From: an uncultured Campylobacter sp.
GTDB lineage: Bacteria; Campylobacterota; Campylobacteria; Campylobacterales; Campylobacteraceae
Reading direction: 5' to 3'
NCBI RefSeq assembly: GCF_937997535.1
Contig: NZ_CALKTT010000093.1
Span: forward strand, 46,604 to 110,603
Length of the DNA: 64,000 bases
Shown here: one piece after another, positions 1 to 11,312 of the stretch
Layout: each line of letters begins with the position of its first letter
How positions within the stretch are numbered: position 1 is the stretch's first letter
Position numbers and translations under genes: made by a program
The notes under the pieces: model-generated
Databases searched by the model: none
Told to the model about the DNA's origin: nothing
The model's input: only the letters and a program-made list of their open reading frames with translations

Positions 1-914
1 CTCGCGAAAAGAGCAAGGGCGAGCTTGCGATCGGCACCACCGGCAAGGGCATAGGACCTGCGTATGCTGATAAGATCGCGCGCACGGGACACCGCGTAGT
101 GGAGCTTTTAGAGCCTGAAAGGCTTGCCGAGGCGCTATCGCGCGATTTTGCTTCGCATGAGAGCGTTTTTGAAAAAGCTGGGGTTAAAATTCCTAGCAAG
201 CTTGAAATTTACGATGAGCTAAAGCGCTATAAAAGCGCGCTCGAGCCATACATCGCCGATACCACGCACATGTTGTGGAAGGCGCTTGATTACGACAAGC
301 GCGTGCTCGTAGAGGGTGCGCAAGGAAGCCTGCTTGATATCGATCACGGCACTTATCCTTATGTCACTAGCTCGACGACTATCGCGGGCGGAGCTTGCAG
401 CGGGCTCGGGCTCGCTCCGAAAGATATCGGCACGGTAATGGGAATTTTAAAAGCCTACACCACTCGCGTGGGCAACGGCGCGTTTCCTACCGAGGATAAG
501 GGCCCGCAAGGCGAGGCGATGCGCGAGATCGGCAAAGAGTACGGCACCACGACGGGACGGGCGCGCCGCTGCGGCTGGTTCGACGGAGTAGCTACGAAAT
601 ACGCCGTGCGCCTTAGCGGCATCGACAAGCTCGCGCTTATGAAGCTTGACGTCCTAGACGGCTTTGAGAGCATTAAAATTTGCCGCGCGTATCGCTACAA
701 GGGCGAGGAGATCGATTATTTTCCGATCGATTTGGAAGCTGCCGAGCCGGTTTATGAGCAGATGCCGGGCTGGGACAGCGTCAAGGGAATTTCAAAATTT
801 GAGGATCTGCCGCAAAACGCGCAAAATTATATCCGCAAAATAGAGGAGCTAAGCGGCGCGAAGGTGGGCTTTATCTCTACCAGTCCCGAAAGAAGCGACA
901 CGATAATTTTATAA
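1..914 (+). CDS. purA: adenylosuccinate synthetase, 5' end cut by window edge
   Basis: Frame is open from the window edge (..[22 protein letters not shown]..). The rest matches PurA ([34 protein letters not shown]). Confidence 0.95.
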   Translation, partial: REKSKGELAIGTTGKGIGPAYADKIARTGHRVVELLEPERLAEALSRDFASHESVFEKAGVKIPSKLEIYDELKRYKSALEPYIADTTHMLWKALDYDKRVLVEGAQGSLLDIDHGTYPYVTSSTTIAGGACSGLGLAPKDIGTVMGILKAYTTRVGNGAFPTEDKGPQGEAMREIGKEYGTTTGRARRCGWFDGVATKYAVRLSGIDKLALMKLDVLDGFESIKICRAYRYKGEEIDYFPIDLEAAEPVYEQMPGWDSVKGISKFEDLPQNAQNYIRKIEELSGAKVGFISTSPERSDTIIL

Positions 915-989
915 ACCCGGTGAAATTTTAAAATTTCACCCGTTGCGGGCGGCGAGACCGCTCATAGAACTGAATTTAAAGGAACGATC

Positions 990-1541
990 ATGCGAATACG
1001 ACTACCACACGTGCCATATATCGCGCATAAAATAGCGCTGGATCTGCTAAACTCGGGCTGCGTTACGCTGAGCGCGGGCATAGAGCCCGTCGCAAAGGAA
1101 GCGGACGAGATCATAAGGGCCGATCTGCAAAAAGAAAGAGCGATAGACGAGCGCGCGAATGAGCTGATAGATGAGCGCATAAGCGAGCTAGATGAGATGA
1201 GCGTGAATAAAAAAGATATGTTTTGGCTCATCAAGCGCCACATCGCAAACGACGAGAATTTCGAGCTAAATTTTGAGGATCGCTACGGCACCATATCGCA
1301 TAAAATTTTAGAAACCGTTTGGAAGAAAAATTTGATCGATTACAAAGTCTCGGAAAACAGGCTAAAGACGATAATTTATAACGCGATCGAGGAGTATTTG
1401 AAAAGCTACCAAAAGATCGAGGACGAGGTCTATGAAAAGATCGAGGGCTACAAACAAAAACTGATCCCTGGGACCGAAGAATACGAGCTTGTGTTTGAAA
1501 AGCTCTACGAAGAGGAACTAAGAAAACGGGGCATGCTGTAA
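990..1541 (+). CDS. DUF507-like conserved acidic helical protein
   Basis: 183-aa ORF with a charged helical sequence (MRIRLPHVPYIAHKIALDLL..). Its stop overlaps the carA start. Family assignment is from memory of epsilonproteobacterial DUF507 proteins. Confidence 0.6.
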   Translation: MRIRLPHVPYIAHKIALDLLNSGCVTLSAGIEPVAKEADEIIRADLQKERAIDERANELIDERISELDEMSVNKKDMFWLIKRHIANDENFELNFEDRYGTISHKILETVWKKNLIDYKVSENRLKTIIYNAIEEYLKSYQKIEDEVYEKIEGYKQKLIPGTEEYELVFEKLYEEELRKRGML

Positions 1542-2659
1542 TGAATGCGTATATCTACATAGAAAACGGCATCTATCTGCAAGCCAAGGCGTTCGGCAAG
1601 GGCGGCAGCGCATTCGGCGAGCTCGTGTTTAACACCTCCGCCACCGGCTACGAAGAGATCATCTCAGATCCTAGCTACGCGGGGCAGTTCATCATCTTTA
1701 CGATGCCCGAAATCGGCATCGTAGGCATCAACGAAAACGACAAGGAAAGCTCCAAAATCCATGCCAGCGGAATTTTCGTAAGAAATTTTAACAACGAGCC
1801 TTCAAATTTCCGCTCGCAGATGAGCTTGGAGGATTATTTTCTGCAAAACGGAAAATTCGGCGTTTACGACATCGACACTAGATTTTTAACCAAAATGCTG
1901 CGCGACGAGGGCAGTCTGCGCGCCTTCGTCTCTACCGAGATCAGCGATAAGGCGGCTCTTAAAAAGGCGCTTAGCGAGTCTGCGCGCATAGAGGAGATCA
2001 ACTACGTAAGCATCGTAAGCACGAAGGCGCCATATAAGCACACCTCCGGTCGCTGGGACGCCGCGCGCGGAAGCTACGCTCAGCCCGCAAGCTGCGGCAA
2101 AAAGATAGCCGTGATCGATTACGGCGTCAAGCGAAATATCCTAAACGAGCTTTGCGATCTGGGGCTCGGCGTCGAGGTTTTTCCGCATGACGTTAAAGCG
2201 GAGAGCTTGATCGCTAAATTTAAAGAGGGGCAGATCGATGGCGTGTTTTTATCAAACGGCCCGGGCGAGCCTCGCATGCTTAAAGAGGAGATCGCGCAGA
2301 TCAAAAAGATGGTCGAAGCGCGCGTGCCGATTTTTGGAATTTGTCTAGGTCATCAGCTGTTAAGCAACGCGATGGGATATGAGACCTACAAGCTGAAATT
2401 CGGCCAGCACGGCGCAAACCACCCCGTGCAAAACCTGCGCACCAAATCGATCGAGATCACCGCGCAAAACCACAACTACAACGTCCCAGAAACGATAGCG
2501 CAGATCTGCGAGATCACGCACCGCAATCTTTTCGACGGCACGATCGAGGGCGTGCGCTACAAAGACTATCCCGTATTTTCGGTGCAGCACCACCCCGAAG
2601 CCAGCGCGGGGCCAACAGAGAGCAAGTATATCTTCAAAGAATTTCTTGAAATTTTATGA
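1541..2659 (+). CDS. carA: carbamoyl-phosphate synthase small (glutamine amidotransferase) subunit
   Basis: CPSase small-subunit N domain plus class-I GATase motifs (PIFGICLGHQLL, SVQHHPEA). Confidence 0.95.
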   Translation: MNAYIYIENGIYLQAKAFGKGGSAFGELVFNTSATGYEEIISDPSYAGQFIIFTMPEIGIVGINENDKESSKIHASGIFVRNFNNEPSNFRSQMSLEDYFLQNGKFGVYDIDTRFLTKMLRDEGSLRAFVSTEISDKAALKKALSESARIEEINYVSIVSTKAPYKHTSGRWDAARGSYAQPASCGKKIAVIDYGVKRNILNELCDLGLGVEVFPHDVKAESLIAKFKEGQIDGVFLSNGPGEPRMLKEEIAQIKKMVEARVPIFGICLGHQLLSNAMGYETYKLKFGQHGANHPVQNLRTKSIEITAQNHNYNVPETIAQICEITHRNLFDGTIEGVRYKDYPVFSVQHHPEASAGPTESKYIFKEFLEIL

Positions 2660-2681
2660 TTTTTGAAATTTTGCCCGCATG

Positions 2682-2715
2682 AAATTTTACCGCGGCCCTG
2701 CGGTAAAATTTTAAA
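2682..2715 (+). terminator. hairpin downstream of carA
   Basis: 12-bp perfect stem aaattttaccgc / gcggtaaaattt with loop ggccct, followed by a T-rich stretch. Confidence 0.55.
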
Positions 2716-3504
2716 TTTACGGCAAGCTTTAAATTTTAATGTGGTCTTTGCGTCGTAAATTTAAAGCTCGTCGCAGCCTGGATAATTGCAGGCTGGAGCG
2801 GTACACAAAGCACGCTTTTACGGACTTAGGATTGTCGCGGCGATTTTGAATTAAGCGGTTTTTGGATGAAGCGATCTGTGCTAGTCGCAATTTTAAATTT
2901 AAACTGGCTGCGCGCCGCATGCTTTTTATTCGTTCGATTATGCGTTCACGTAAGCTTCTAAGTGTGCGCGGCTAAATTCCATGCACTTTAAAGATCAGGC
3001 TTAGAGCGCTTTGCCCTTTCAAAACAGATCCTGCGGTATATTTAGCATGACTTCAAGCCCTTTAAATTTGACGAACCATTTTGTTGCCGTTAAAAGTTAC
3101 GCTAGCAAGCTGCCTTGCCGTCCGTAAAATTTTATCTAACGCCGTTTACCTACTAAAACCTTATCAGCGCTGTTTCATTTCCCTCTAAAATATTTGCCTA
3201 AAATAAAATTCCGCTCCGCCGCGTAGTGAAATTTTACCTGCGCCAGCTTTGGAATTTTACTTTCAGCCGCTCTTAAATCTTTTTCGCACTGATAAGATTT
3301 AGCTCGCGTTACTTTAAATTTTTGCCCCATTCCTAGGCCGCGATTTTTATCCATGCTTCTTTTTTAATTCCGCCCATATTTGCACCTAAAATAAGAGTTG
3401 TGTTACTTTATGAAATTAAATTTTTAACTTAACATTATTTTAAGCTCAATAAAAGAGAAAATTTGAAAGAATTTCGTTTGAAATTTCGCCTTGAGGGGTC
3501 TGCT

Positions 3505-4188
3505 ATGAGCTGCGCTTTAAAAGAGCTGGACGTCTTGCTAGTCGAGGATGATACTAAATTACTAGCCTCGCTGCATAAGGCGTTTGAGGGTATTTTTAAC
3601 AACGTTTACAATGCCCAAAACGGGCTTGAAGGTGTGAAAAAATTCAAAAAATTTAGTCCCAATCTCGTCATTACCGACATTCTAATGCCGATCGAGGATG
3701 GGCTAGCGATGATACGTCAGATTAAGCAGATCTTTCCGCATGCCCCAATCGTGGTGCTTAGTGGCTTCAGTAGGGAGGAGCAGCTAAAAGGCGTTATGGA
3801 GATTGGCGTCGAGCGGTATTACTTTAAGCCGGTAGATATCGCCGCATTTGTGCTAGAGATAAGTGCACTGATGAAGTCTAAGCTGGACTCGGTACGAGTC
3901 GTAAATATGGGCGCAGGCTACGTATTTGACGGGCTTCGTCGTATTTTACTGAAGGATGGCGAGCAGATCGTGCTTACTAAAAAGGAGCTTTCTTTTGTTT
4001 CGCTGCTAGCCAGTCGCGTGGGCGAGCTGGTACTTTACGAGGAGATCAAGCGTTATGTTTGGACCGAAGGAGCCGTGAGTGATACGGCGCTTCGCACCTT
4101 CGTCAAGCGCATCCGCGATAAAGTGGGTGGTGAAATCATAAAAAACGTCCCGAGCCTGGGATACAAGATCGAGCTTGAGCCCGCTTAA
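3505..4188 (+). CDS. OmpR-family response regulator with no adjacent kinase
   Basis: Receiver motifs (LLVEDD, ITDILMP, FKP) and a C-terminal winged helix (LTKKELSFV.., TFVKRIRDKV, LGYKIE). ATG at 3505 is preferred over the upstream TTG at 3463. Confidence 0.85.
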   Translation: MSCALKELDVLLVEDDTKLLASLHKAFEGIFNNVYNAQNGLEGVKKFKKFSPNLVITDILMPIEDGLAMIRQIKQIFPHAPIVVLSGFSREEQLKGVMEIGVERYYFKPVDIAAFVLEISALMKSKLDSVRVVNMGAGYVFDGLRRILLKDGEQIVLTKKELSFVSLLASRVGELVLYEEIKRYVWTEGAVSDTALRTFVKRIRDKVGGEIIKNVPSLGYKIELEPA

Positions 4189-4462
4189 ATTTGATCGCGT
4201 TTTTGCCGCTTTGTAATTTACGGAATCCACTCGTAAAATTTTGCGTCGAAATATGCCGCGATTAATGCGGAGCGAGGTAGAATTTTGCGCTCAAAGCGCC
4301 ACAGATTAAATTTTACGCTCATCCAACTTACTAAATTTGACTTGATAAAATTTAGCCTCTCAAGCTTTTCAAAAACTTCTTTGCTTAAAAGCCCAAACTA
4401 AAAATTTCTTGCTAAAATATCGCAAAATTCCGCGTTCTGCGAATCACTCTAAAGGATTTGTT

Positions 4463-7375
4463 TTGAAAAATTTTCCCTCTAAAAATCTCTTTGTCTACAC
4501 TAGCTCGCGTGCGCTACGCGCGGCGCTGCAAAGCGAGAGCGGCGGCGTGCTGGCGCCTAGGATTACGTTGGCGGAATTCTACGAAAAGGCGCTTTTTGTG
4601 CCGGATCTTGTCGCTTGCGGTGAGATAGACCGCGCGCTTTTTATGAAACAAGCGGTAAACGAGAGCAAGCGCGCAGGCGAGAGGCTTAAATTCCCTAGCG
4701 AGCTTTACGAGTTTATGCGCAACCGCGAGTATCTTTTCGGCTTTTTCAAGGAGCTTGCGACGGAGCGCGTAAGTATCGATGCGCTCGATCTTAGCGACAC
4801 CTATGCGTGGTACGCCGAGCATTTTGAAATTCTGCGAGAGCTAGCGGGGGCGTATGCAAGGATTCTGCGCGAGCATGGATTTTACGACGAGATCACGCTG
4901 CCCGCGCTTTATGAGCTAAACGAATCCTATCTGCGCGGATTTGAGCGGATAGAAATCAACATCGACGGCAATCCTAGCGCATTTGAGTTCGAGGTTTTTA
5001 AGCGCGCTGCGGAGCTTAGCGAGGTTGCGTTGAGCTTTAGAGCCACGACTTTAAATTCCAAGCCCGTGCGCGCGGTGGAGGAGCTTTGCGGCATAAGTCT
5101 AGAGCTAGGTTTTGCCTACCGCCTAAATCTTAGTACGGGTGAAATTCTAAGCCGAGAGCCGCTAAGCGTGGGCGGAGCGGTTGTATGTAGAGGCTTTGAG
5201 CTGCGAAGCTTGCAGGCTAGCTACGTTTTTGAAAAAATTTCATCCTTTGTGCGCGCGGGCATTGCGCCGGAGCGTATCGCGGTGATTTTGCCCGACGAGA
5301 GCTTTGCCGGCACGCTGCGAATTTACGACGAGCGCATCGCAAGGGCTCGTGGCTCGCACCGCATGCTAAATTTCGCGATGGGTGAGAAGCTTAAAGATAG
5401 CCTATTTTACGTAACGCTAGAGAAAATTTCGCAATGCTTAAAAGAAGCGCGCACGCCGAAATTTGGCGTAGATTACCGCGCATTCAAAAGTCCGGATGGA
5501 GAATTTTTGGATACGGAGGATTCCGCGGCACAGCAAAATTTAGCGCTAGGGAATTTCGCTTCGGAGAATTCTATTTCGCAAAATTTCGCACAGCAAAATT
5601 CCCCGTTTGATTGCGAAATTTTTTCAAATTCTAAAGCGGATTTAAATTTTATGTCTGCGCGAGAGCTTGAAAATACGGAAAATTTTGAAATTCTGCACGA
5701 AATTTCGGCGGAACGCGCGGATAGTGCGGAGGAGGAAAGCTTTTCGGTAGAGTTTGTAGAGTTTCAAGAGCCCTTGGAGTGTGCGCAGCAGCGCGATTAT
5801 TCGGTTAGTGCAAAACGGCAGGAGCCTTCAAGGAAGCAGCAAGGGAGCCTACGAGACTCTATGCAGCGGAAGCATATAGAGCTTGAGGAAGAAGATGGGT
5901 ATTCAAAAAGCCCTGAGCAGCGCGATCGTTTTAGGCACTCTAAAATGCGCGAGGACGCAGATGAGTATCCGCAGCGTCCAAACCCACAGGAGCTTGATCT
6001 GTTTTTTGCGAGTGTGGACGTGGATGAGGCGCTTTTTGGCGAGTTTGCGCGCGATTTTACAAAGCAAGTAAGCTTTGAGCATTTCGAAGCGCTAATTGTC
6101 AAGCTCGCCTGTTTACCTAAAATTAGCGACGCGCTGCTGCAAGAAAAGCTAAAAGAGCCGCTATATCTAATTAAAATTTTGCTTCGAAAATTTAAGGACG
6201 AAAACCTAAGCTTGGGCAATCTAATCGATCTTTTTTTGCTGGAAATTTCGCGCATTAAGCTCGATGATGTTCGTGGCGGAAAGGTCACGGTAATGGGGCT
6301 TTTGGAGAGCCGTGGGCTACAATTTGATGGCGTGATAATCCCAGATTTTAACGATGATCTGGTGCCAAAGCGCAGTAGCGGAGAGATGTTTTTAAACTCT
6401 GCTTTGCGCGCTAGAGCAGGGCTCATCAGCCACGCAGACCGCGAAAATTTACAAAGATTTTACTACGACGGCTTGCTAAGAGGCGCTAAAAAAAGCGCGA
6501 TTTGCTATTTGCAAAGCGTCGAGAAATTGCCTTCGCGGTTTTTGAAAAGCTTTGAAGTGCAACAAGACGCGGAATTTTCGCAGGAGGATTATTTGCGGCT
6601 TTTTGGGCGAGAGGAATTTAAGCCTGTATTATGCGGACAAGAAGATCCCGTGACTCGCCATGATTTTTTTGCCGAGGAGCTGTCGTTTTCGCGGCTGGAT
6701 ACGTTTTTAGAATGCAAGAGGAAGTATTATTACCGCTACGTTTTCGGACTGAGGGAGGGGCTAAAATTCGGTGAGGACAATGCGCTTTTAGGTAAAATTT
6801 TACATACGAGTTTTCAGCGTTTATATGAGCGAGCAGGGATGAAATTTAGCATGGAAAAATTTCGCCCTATTTATTCGCAGCTTGCGCGAGAAGCGGGTAT
6901 CACGCGCTTTGATGCAGAGCTTGAGCTAAAAGCTGTAGAAAAGCTAGCTGGGCTTTTGAAAGAGCATGAGCAAATTTGGAGCTTTAGCGGTAGTGAAGTA
7001 TCGCTAAAAGGCGAGCTTGACGGAGTGCGGCTGAGCGGGCGTATCGACCGCATCGACGAAGATAAGGCAGGGCGGAAGTTTATCATCGATTATAAACGTG
7101 GTTCAGCTAAAAAACATATGGAAAAATTCCAGCTTACGTTTTATCGCGCGCTTTTGGCTCAGGAGTGCGAATGCGCCTATCTATCGCTAAAAGATTGCGC
7201 GTTTGCGGCTCCTGGCGACAAAACGCCTAGCTTAGAAAACCTACGCGAGACGCTAAGCTCTATCGGCAAGGAATTTGCAAGCGAGGTCGCTTTTACGCGC
7301 ACGGAAGCGGTGCAAAGCTGCGAATACTGCGATTATAAAATCATTTGCAAGGGGCAGATTGATGGCAAAATTTGA
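4463..7375 (+). CDS. addB: AddB-type PD-(D/E)XK nuclease subunit of AddAB, with internal low-complexity insertion
   Basis: C-terminal nuclease motif GRIDRID..IIDYKRG and a Cys cluster (CEYCDYKIIC) typical of the AddB Fe-S nuclease domain. It overlaps the addA start. Start is uncertain: TTG 4463 has an AAGGA RBS, and TTG 4409 is also open. Confidence 0.8.
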   Translation: MKNFPSKNLFVYTSSRALRAALQSESGGVLAPRITLAEFYEKALFVPDLVACGEIDRALFMKQAVNESKRAGERLKFPSELYEFMRNREYLFGFFKELATERVSIDALDLSDTYAWYAEHFEILRELAGAYARILREHGFYDEITLPALYELNESYLRGFERIEINIDGNPSAFEFEVFKRAAELSEVALSFRATTLNSKPVRAVEELCGISLELGFAYRLNLSTGEILSREPLSVGGAVVCRGFELRSLQASYVFEKISSFVRAGIAPERIAVILPDESFAGTLRIYDERIARARGSHRMLNFAMGEKLKDSLFYVTLEKISQCLKEARTPKFGVDYRAFKSPDGEFLDTEDSAAQQNLALGNFASENSISQNFAQQNSPFDCEIFSNSKADLNFMSARELENTENFEILHEISAERADSAEEESFSVEFVEFQEPLECAQQRDYSVSAKRQEPSRKQQGSLRDSMQRKHIELEEEDGYSKSPEQRDRFRHSKMREDADEYPQRPNPQELDLFFASVDVDEALFGEFARDFTKQVSFEHFEALIVKLACLPKISDALLQEKLKEPLYLIKILLRKFKDENLSLGNLIDLFLLEISRIKLDDVRGGKVTVMGLLESRGLQFDGVIIPDFNDDLVPKRSSGEMFLNSALRARAGLISHADRENLQRFYYDGLLRGAKKSAICYLQSVEKLPSRFLKSFEVQQDAEFSQEDYLRLFGREEFKPVLCGQEDPVTRHDFFAEELSFSRLDTFLECKRKYYYRYVFGLREGLKFGEDNALLGKILHTSFQRLYERAGMKFSMEKFRPIYSQLAREAGITRFDAELELKAVEKLAGLLKEHEQIWSFSGSEVSLKGELDGVRLSGRIDRIDEDKAGRKFIIDYKRGSAKKHMEKFQLTFYRALLAQECECAYLSLKDCAFAAPGDKTPSLENLRETLSSIGKEFASEVAFTRTEAVQSCEYCDYKIICKGQIDGKI

Positions 7376-10280
7376 AAATTATCTGGCGCTTGAAGCAAGC
7401 GCAGGCAGCGGCAAGACCTTCAATCTCGCGGTCAGGTTCATCGAGCTGGTGCTAAAAGGCGAGCCGATCAACGAAATTTTAGCGCTTACCTTTACTAAAA
7501 AAGCGGCTGCTGAGATGAAAACGCGCATCGTGGAGAAATTTCAAAATTTGCTGCTTTTGCAGGATGGTTCGTTAAAGCCTAGCGCCGAGCTGGAGCAGAT
7601 TTGCGCTGATTTAGGGCTAAGCGCTGATGAGGTTTTGGCAGCGCAAGAGCGGCTGAGCCCAAAATTTTTAAGCGAGAGCCTAAATGTCTTTACTTTCGAT
7701 GCGTTTTTTGCAAAGGCTCTGCGCTCCTTTGCGCTAAATAGCGGCATTGATCCAAGCTTTGAAAACGATGAAGGGATTTTGGGTGTGCAGCAGGCAGCGT
7801 TTTTAGGCGCTATTTGTAAAAACGAAGCGCTATTAAGAGAGGTCGTGGACTACGTAAGCGACTCAGGAATGACAAAGGGTGAGTTTCTAAATAGCTTGCA
7901 AAGCATTTGGAGAGGCGATATAAGCATAAATCCGCCCACGCTTCCTGCAAGCTCCGCGCTAGCAGAGATAAATGAAATTTTATCCCACTTGCAAAAAGCG
8001 GCGAGAGATGCGGGCGTAAGCGCTGGAGCCGTAAATGGGCTAAGCCCTGTTAGCGATTTGTCAAAATTATCCTCTGGTTTCATTCTTTCGGCTCTTGCCA
8101 ACGGTAGTTTCGATTATCCGCGCTCACAGCTTAAAAAAATTTCGCATCTTGACGGCGAGCTAGCAAGGCTAAAAGACGCCATAGCTCGCGAAATAGCGTG
8201 GATGGATGCGACATATGCGGCTAAGCTGGCAGGACTAATTAAAATTTATGCCGAAGCGCTTAAATCGGTGCAGCGCAAAAGCGGCAAGCTCACGTTCGGT
8301 GATGTCACTGCAGCCGTGCACTCGCTGCTAAATCCAAGCGCAGAGGCGTTACAGGGCAACCGCGAGCTTTTGTATTTCAGGCTCGATTCTAAAATCACGC
8401 ATATTTTAATTGACGAATTCCAAGATACCGACATTTGCCAGTATGAAATTATGCTGCCGCTAATCTCTGAGGCGCTTGCTGGCAAAGGGGCGGAAGAGCG
8501 CTACGGCAGCTTTTTTTACGTAGGCGATAAAAAACAGAGCATCTATAAATTTCGCGGCGCAGAGAGAAAAATTTTTGATATTTTGCGCGAGCAGTTTAGT
8601 CAAATCAAAACGCAGAGCCTGCCGTGCAATTATCGCAGCTTAAAACTCATAGTAAAATTTGTAAATGAGATCTTGCGCGATAAATTTGCGTCTTATGAAG
8701 ATCAAATCGCAGCAAATAAGCTAGATAGCGATCTGCCCGCTTCGGTGCTACAAAAAATCAAGGACTATCCGCTTTCCCATCCGCAAATGCCGCTATTTGA
8801 GGTGCAAAGCGACGATTACGGCTACGTAGCGGCGTTTTCATACGACGATGTGCTAAAGGGGGCTGCGGAGCAAGCGCGCAGGCTTATTGAGGAGTGCGGC
8901 GTGAGAGCTGATGATATAGCGATTTTATGCTGGAAAAACGAGCATGTAAGCGCGCTAAAAGAGATGCTATCGGAATTTTGCGAGGTGTGTAGCGGCTCAA
9001 ATAAGGCTTTGCGTTGCAGTGAGCAGGTAAATGCCGTAATTCAATACGCGAAATTCTGCGTAGGTGGCGATGAAATTTATCTGCGAAACGCCGAAGCGAT
9101 TTTAGGGAGGCGGCTTAAAAAGATAGCGGTCGATCTGCATAAAAACGCGCAAAAAACGGCGGAATTTATCGCTAGCTCGCTGAAGCTAAATTTTGTCGAT
9201 CCGGATCTGTTGCTGTTTTTTGAGACGCTGGCAAAATTTAATAGTTTTAGCGAGTATCTGTTTGCAAACGACGAAACGGAGGTATTTGCCAAGGAACAAA
9301 GCGGCATTAAAATTATGACCGTGCATAAGTCTAAGGGGCTTCAGTTCCCGCACGTAATCGTCTGCGACCGCATCGGAGGAAAAGACCGGGGCGAGAGCTC
9401 AAAGCTCGCGACGGACTATGATTTCGCCACGCATAAGTGGAGAATTTTTTATAAATTTGCGAGCAGAAAGAGCCTGGATGCGGAATTTGCGGCGCTAATG
9501 GATGAAAACGATCGCTCTGCGCATGAAGAGGATATAAATAAGCTCTATGTGGCATTTACACGTGCCGAACGCTCGCTCATCATCGTAAAACGCTCCGAGA
9601 CAAAAATAGATCAATACAATTATAGCTTTTTTTCGCCTTACGCCAAAAAGACCAAGGGCGCGGGCGTCGTGGAGTGGCTGGATATCCCGGATTTTCAATA
9701 CGGCTACGTAATCCCAAGCTCCGTAAAATCAGAAGAGCAGCCGCCGCGCAAAAAGATCGCGCTCGTAGCGGGCGAGCCTCAAAGCGTGCAAGAAAAAGCA
9801 GCCAGCGGCGAAACGGAGGCACTAAGCGCGATATATTTCGGAGAGGCGCTGCACTATGCTCTGGAGATGAGCGAAGGATTTGCGGCGGATGAAATTTTGC
9901 GAGGAGTAAGCCTTGCTAGAGCTCAATACGATAAATTTTTAAACGATGCGGATTTTGAAAATATCGCGGCGCGGGCGCTAGGACTAAGCAAAAACGAGGA
10001 ATTTTTAGCTCTGATAAGAGGCGCTCAAGCTTATAAAGAGATGCCGATTAAAAGCGCGGAGGGTGATCTTTTGCGCGTGGATCTGGCGTGCTTTGGGCAG
10101 GATGAAATTTTGCTTTTTGATTACAAAAGCTCCGAAAAATACCTCGCGCAAAATAAGGCTCAAGTGGCGCGGTATAAAAGCGTAATCCGCGAGTTTTATC
10201 CGCATGTGCGAGTGCGTGCCTTCGTGCTGGTTCTCGAAGCTGCGGGCGCTAGGTTGATTGAAGTAAATGAGGAGGGATAA
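7362..10280 (+). CDS. addA: AddA-type UvrD-family helicase-nuclease
   Basis: Helicase motifs EASAGSGKTF, ILIDEFQDTD, TVHKSKGLQF and YVAFTRA. C-terminal RecB-like nuclease (DLACF..LLFDYKSS). The ATG at 7362 overlaps the addB end by 14 nt. Confidence 0.9.
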   Translation: MAKFENYLALEASAGSGKTFNLAVRFIELVLKGEPINEILALTFTKKAAAEMKTRIVEKFQNLLLLQDGSLKPSAELEQICADLGLSADEVLAAQERLSPKFLSESLNVFTFDAFFAKALRSFALNSGIDPSFENDEGILGVQQAAFLGAICKNEALLREVVDYVSDSGMTKGEFLNSLQSIWRGDISINPPTLPASSALAEINEILSHLQKAARDAGVSAGAVNGLSPVSDLSKLSSGFILSALANGSFDYPRSQLKKISHLDGELARLKDAIAREIAWMDATYAAKLAGLIKIYAEALKSVQRKSGKLTFGDVTAAVHSLLNPSAEALQGNRELLYFRLDSKITHILIDEFQDTDICQYEIMLPLISEALAGKGAEERYGSFFYVGDKKQSIYKFRGAERKIFDILREQFSQIKTQSLPCNYRSLKLIVKFVNEILRDKFASYEDQIAANKLDSDLPASVLQKIKDYPLSHPQMPLFEVQSDDYGYVAAFSYDDVLKGAAEQARRLIEECGVRADDIAILCWKNEHVSALKEMLSEFCEVCSGSNKALRCSEQVNAVIQYAKFCVGGDEIYLRNAEAILGRRLKKIAVDLHKNAQKTAEFIASSLKLNFVDPDLLLFFETLAKFNSFSEYLFANDETEVFAKEQSGIKIMTVHKSKGLQFPHVIVCDRIGGKDRGESSKLATDYDFATHKWRIFYKFASRKSLDAEFAALMDENDRSAHEEDINKLYVAFTRAERSLIIVKRSETKIDQYNYSFFSPYAKKTKGAGVVEWLDIPDFQYGYVIPSSVKSEEQPPRKKIALVAGEPQSVQEKAASGETEALSAIYFGEALHYALEMSEGFAADEILRGVSLARAQYDKFLNDADFENIAARALGLSKNEEFLALIRGAQAYKEMPIKSAEGDLLRVDLACFGQDEILLFDYKSSEKYLAQNKAQVARYKSVIREFYPHVRVRAFVLVLEAAGARLIEVNEEG

Positions 10281-10395
10281 AATTTTAAAATTTAAATAAA
10301 ATTTGAGCGCAGATAGATTAAAGATAGCTTAAATTAAGCTATACGTAAGGATATTTCTATATAATCACAGCTCAAATTTTAATAAGGCGGAAACC

Positions 10396-10821
10396 ATGAC
10401 AGAAATTACAAAGCCTAGCGAAGTTAAGCGCGACTGGGTCGTTATCGACGCGACCGACAAAAGATTCGGTAGAATGCTTACCGAAGTTGCGGTATTGCTA
10501 CGCGGCAAACACAAACCAAGCTACACTCCAAACGTGGATTGCGGAGACTACGTCGTTATCATCAACGCTTCAAAGGCTGTATTTACCGGTAACAACAAGG
10601 GCGACGACAAACTTTATCACAGCTACTCGGGCTATTTCGGAAGCGTAAAGAGCGTGAAATTCCAAGACCTACTCAAAAACAATCCCGCAAAGCTCTACAG
10701 ACTTGCGGTTCGCGGCATGCTTCCTAAGACGAAGCTCGGCAAGGCGATGATCAAAAAGCTATTTGTATATGAAGGCGGCGAGCACCCTCATACTGCGCAA
10801 ACAACTAAAAAAGGAAAATAA
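10396..10821 (+). CDS. rplM: 50S ribosomal protein L13
   Basis: 141-aa ORF with a typical L13 sequence ([28 protein letters not shown]). Confidence 0.97.
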   Translation: MTEITKPSEVKRDWVVIDATDKRFGRMLTEVAVLLRGKHKPSYTPNVDCGDYVVIINASKAVFTGNNKGDDKLYHSYSGYFGSVKSVKFQDLLKNNPAKLYRLAVRGMLPKTKLGKAMIKKLFVYEGGEHPHTAQTTKKGK

Positions 10822-10823
10822 TC

Positions 10824-11213
10824 ATGGCGACAATTTATGCAACCGGAAAGAGAAAAACTGCCGTAGCTAAGGTTTGGGTAAAACCGGGAAGCGGCAAGAT
10901 CGTAGTAAACGGCATGGATCTAAACACCTGGCTAGGCGGTCACGAAGCGATCAAGCTAAGGGTCGTTCAGCCGCTTTTGGCGACTAAACAAGAGACCTCG
11001 ATGGATATCACCGCGCAGACTTTGGGCGGCGGATATTCGGCTCAAGCGGATGCGCTAAAGCACGGAATTTCAAAAGCGCTTGCCGCGATGGATAAGGATT
11101 TTAGAGCAGCTCTCAAGCCAAAAGGTCTGCTAACTCGCGATAGCCGCGTGGTTGAGCGAAAGAAATTCGGTCGCCGCAAAGCGCGTAGAAGTCCGCAGTT
11201 CTCTAAGAGATAA
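10824..11213 (+). CDS. rpsI: 30S ribosomal protein S9
   Basis: 129-aa ORF ending [12 protein letters not shown], the canonical S9 C-terminus. Confidence 0.97.
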   Translation: MATIYATGKRKTAVAKVWVKPGSGKIVVNGMDLNTWLGGHEAIKLRVVQPLLATKQETSMDITAQTLGGGYSAQADALKHGISKALAAMDKDFRAALKPKGLLTRDSRVVERKKFGRRKARRSPQFSKR

Positions 11214-11312
11214 TGTTTTTTACAAATTTGTGGCAAAATTGTCGCAAATTTGTAAATTCTTTAAAAATTTTATGGTAATATCGAATTACAACTTTATTTG
11301 AAAGGATGTTTA

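Noticed and set aside
9331-9892. Short ORFs overlapping the 3' third of addA on both strands
   Set aside because: The AddA frame is continuous and carries helicase and nuclease motifs. The overlapping ORFs are basic and low-complexity.
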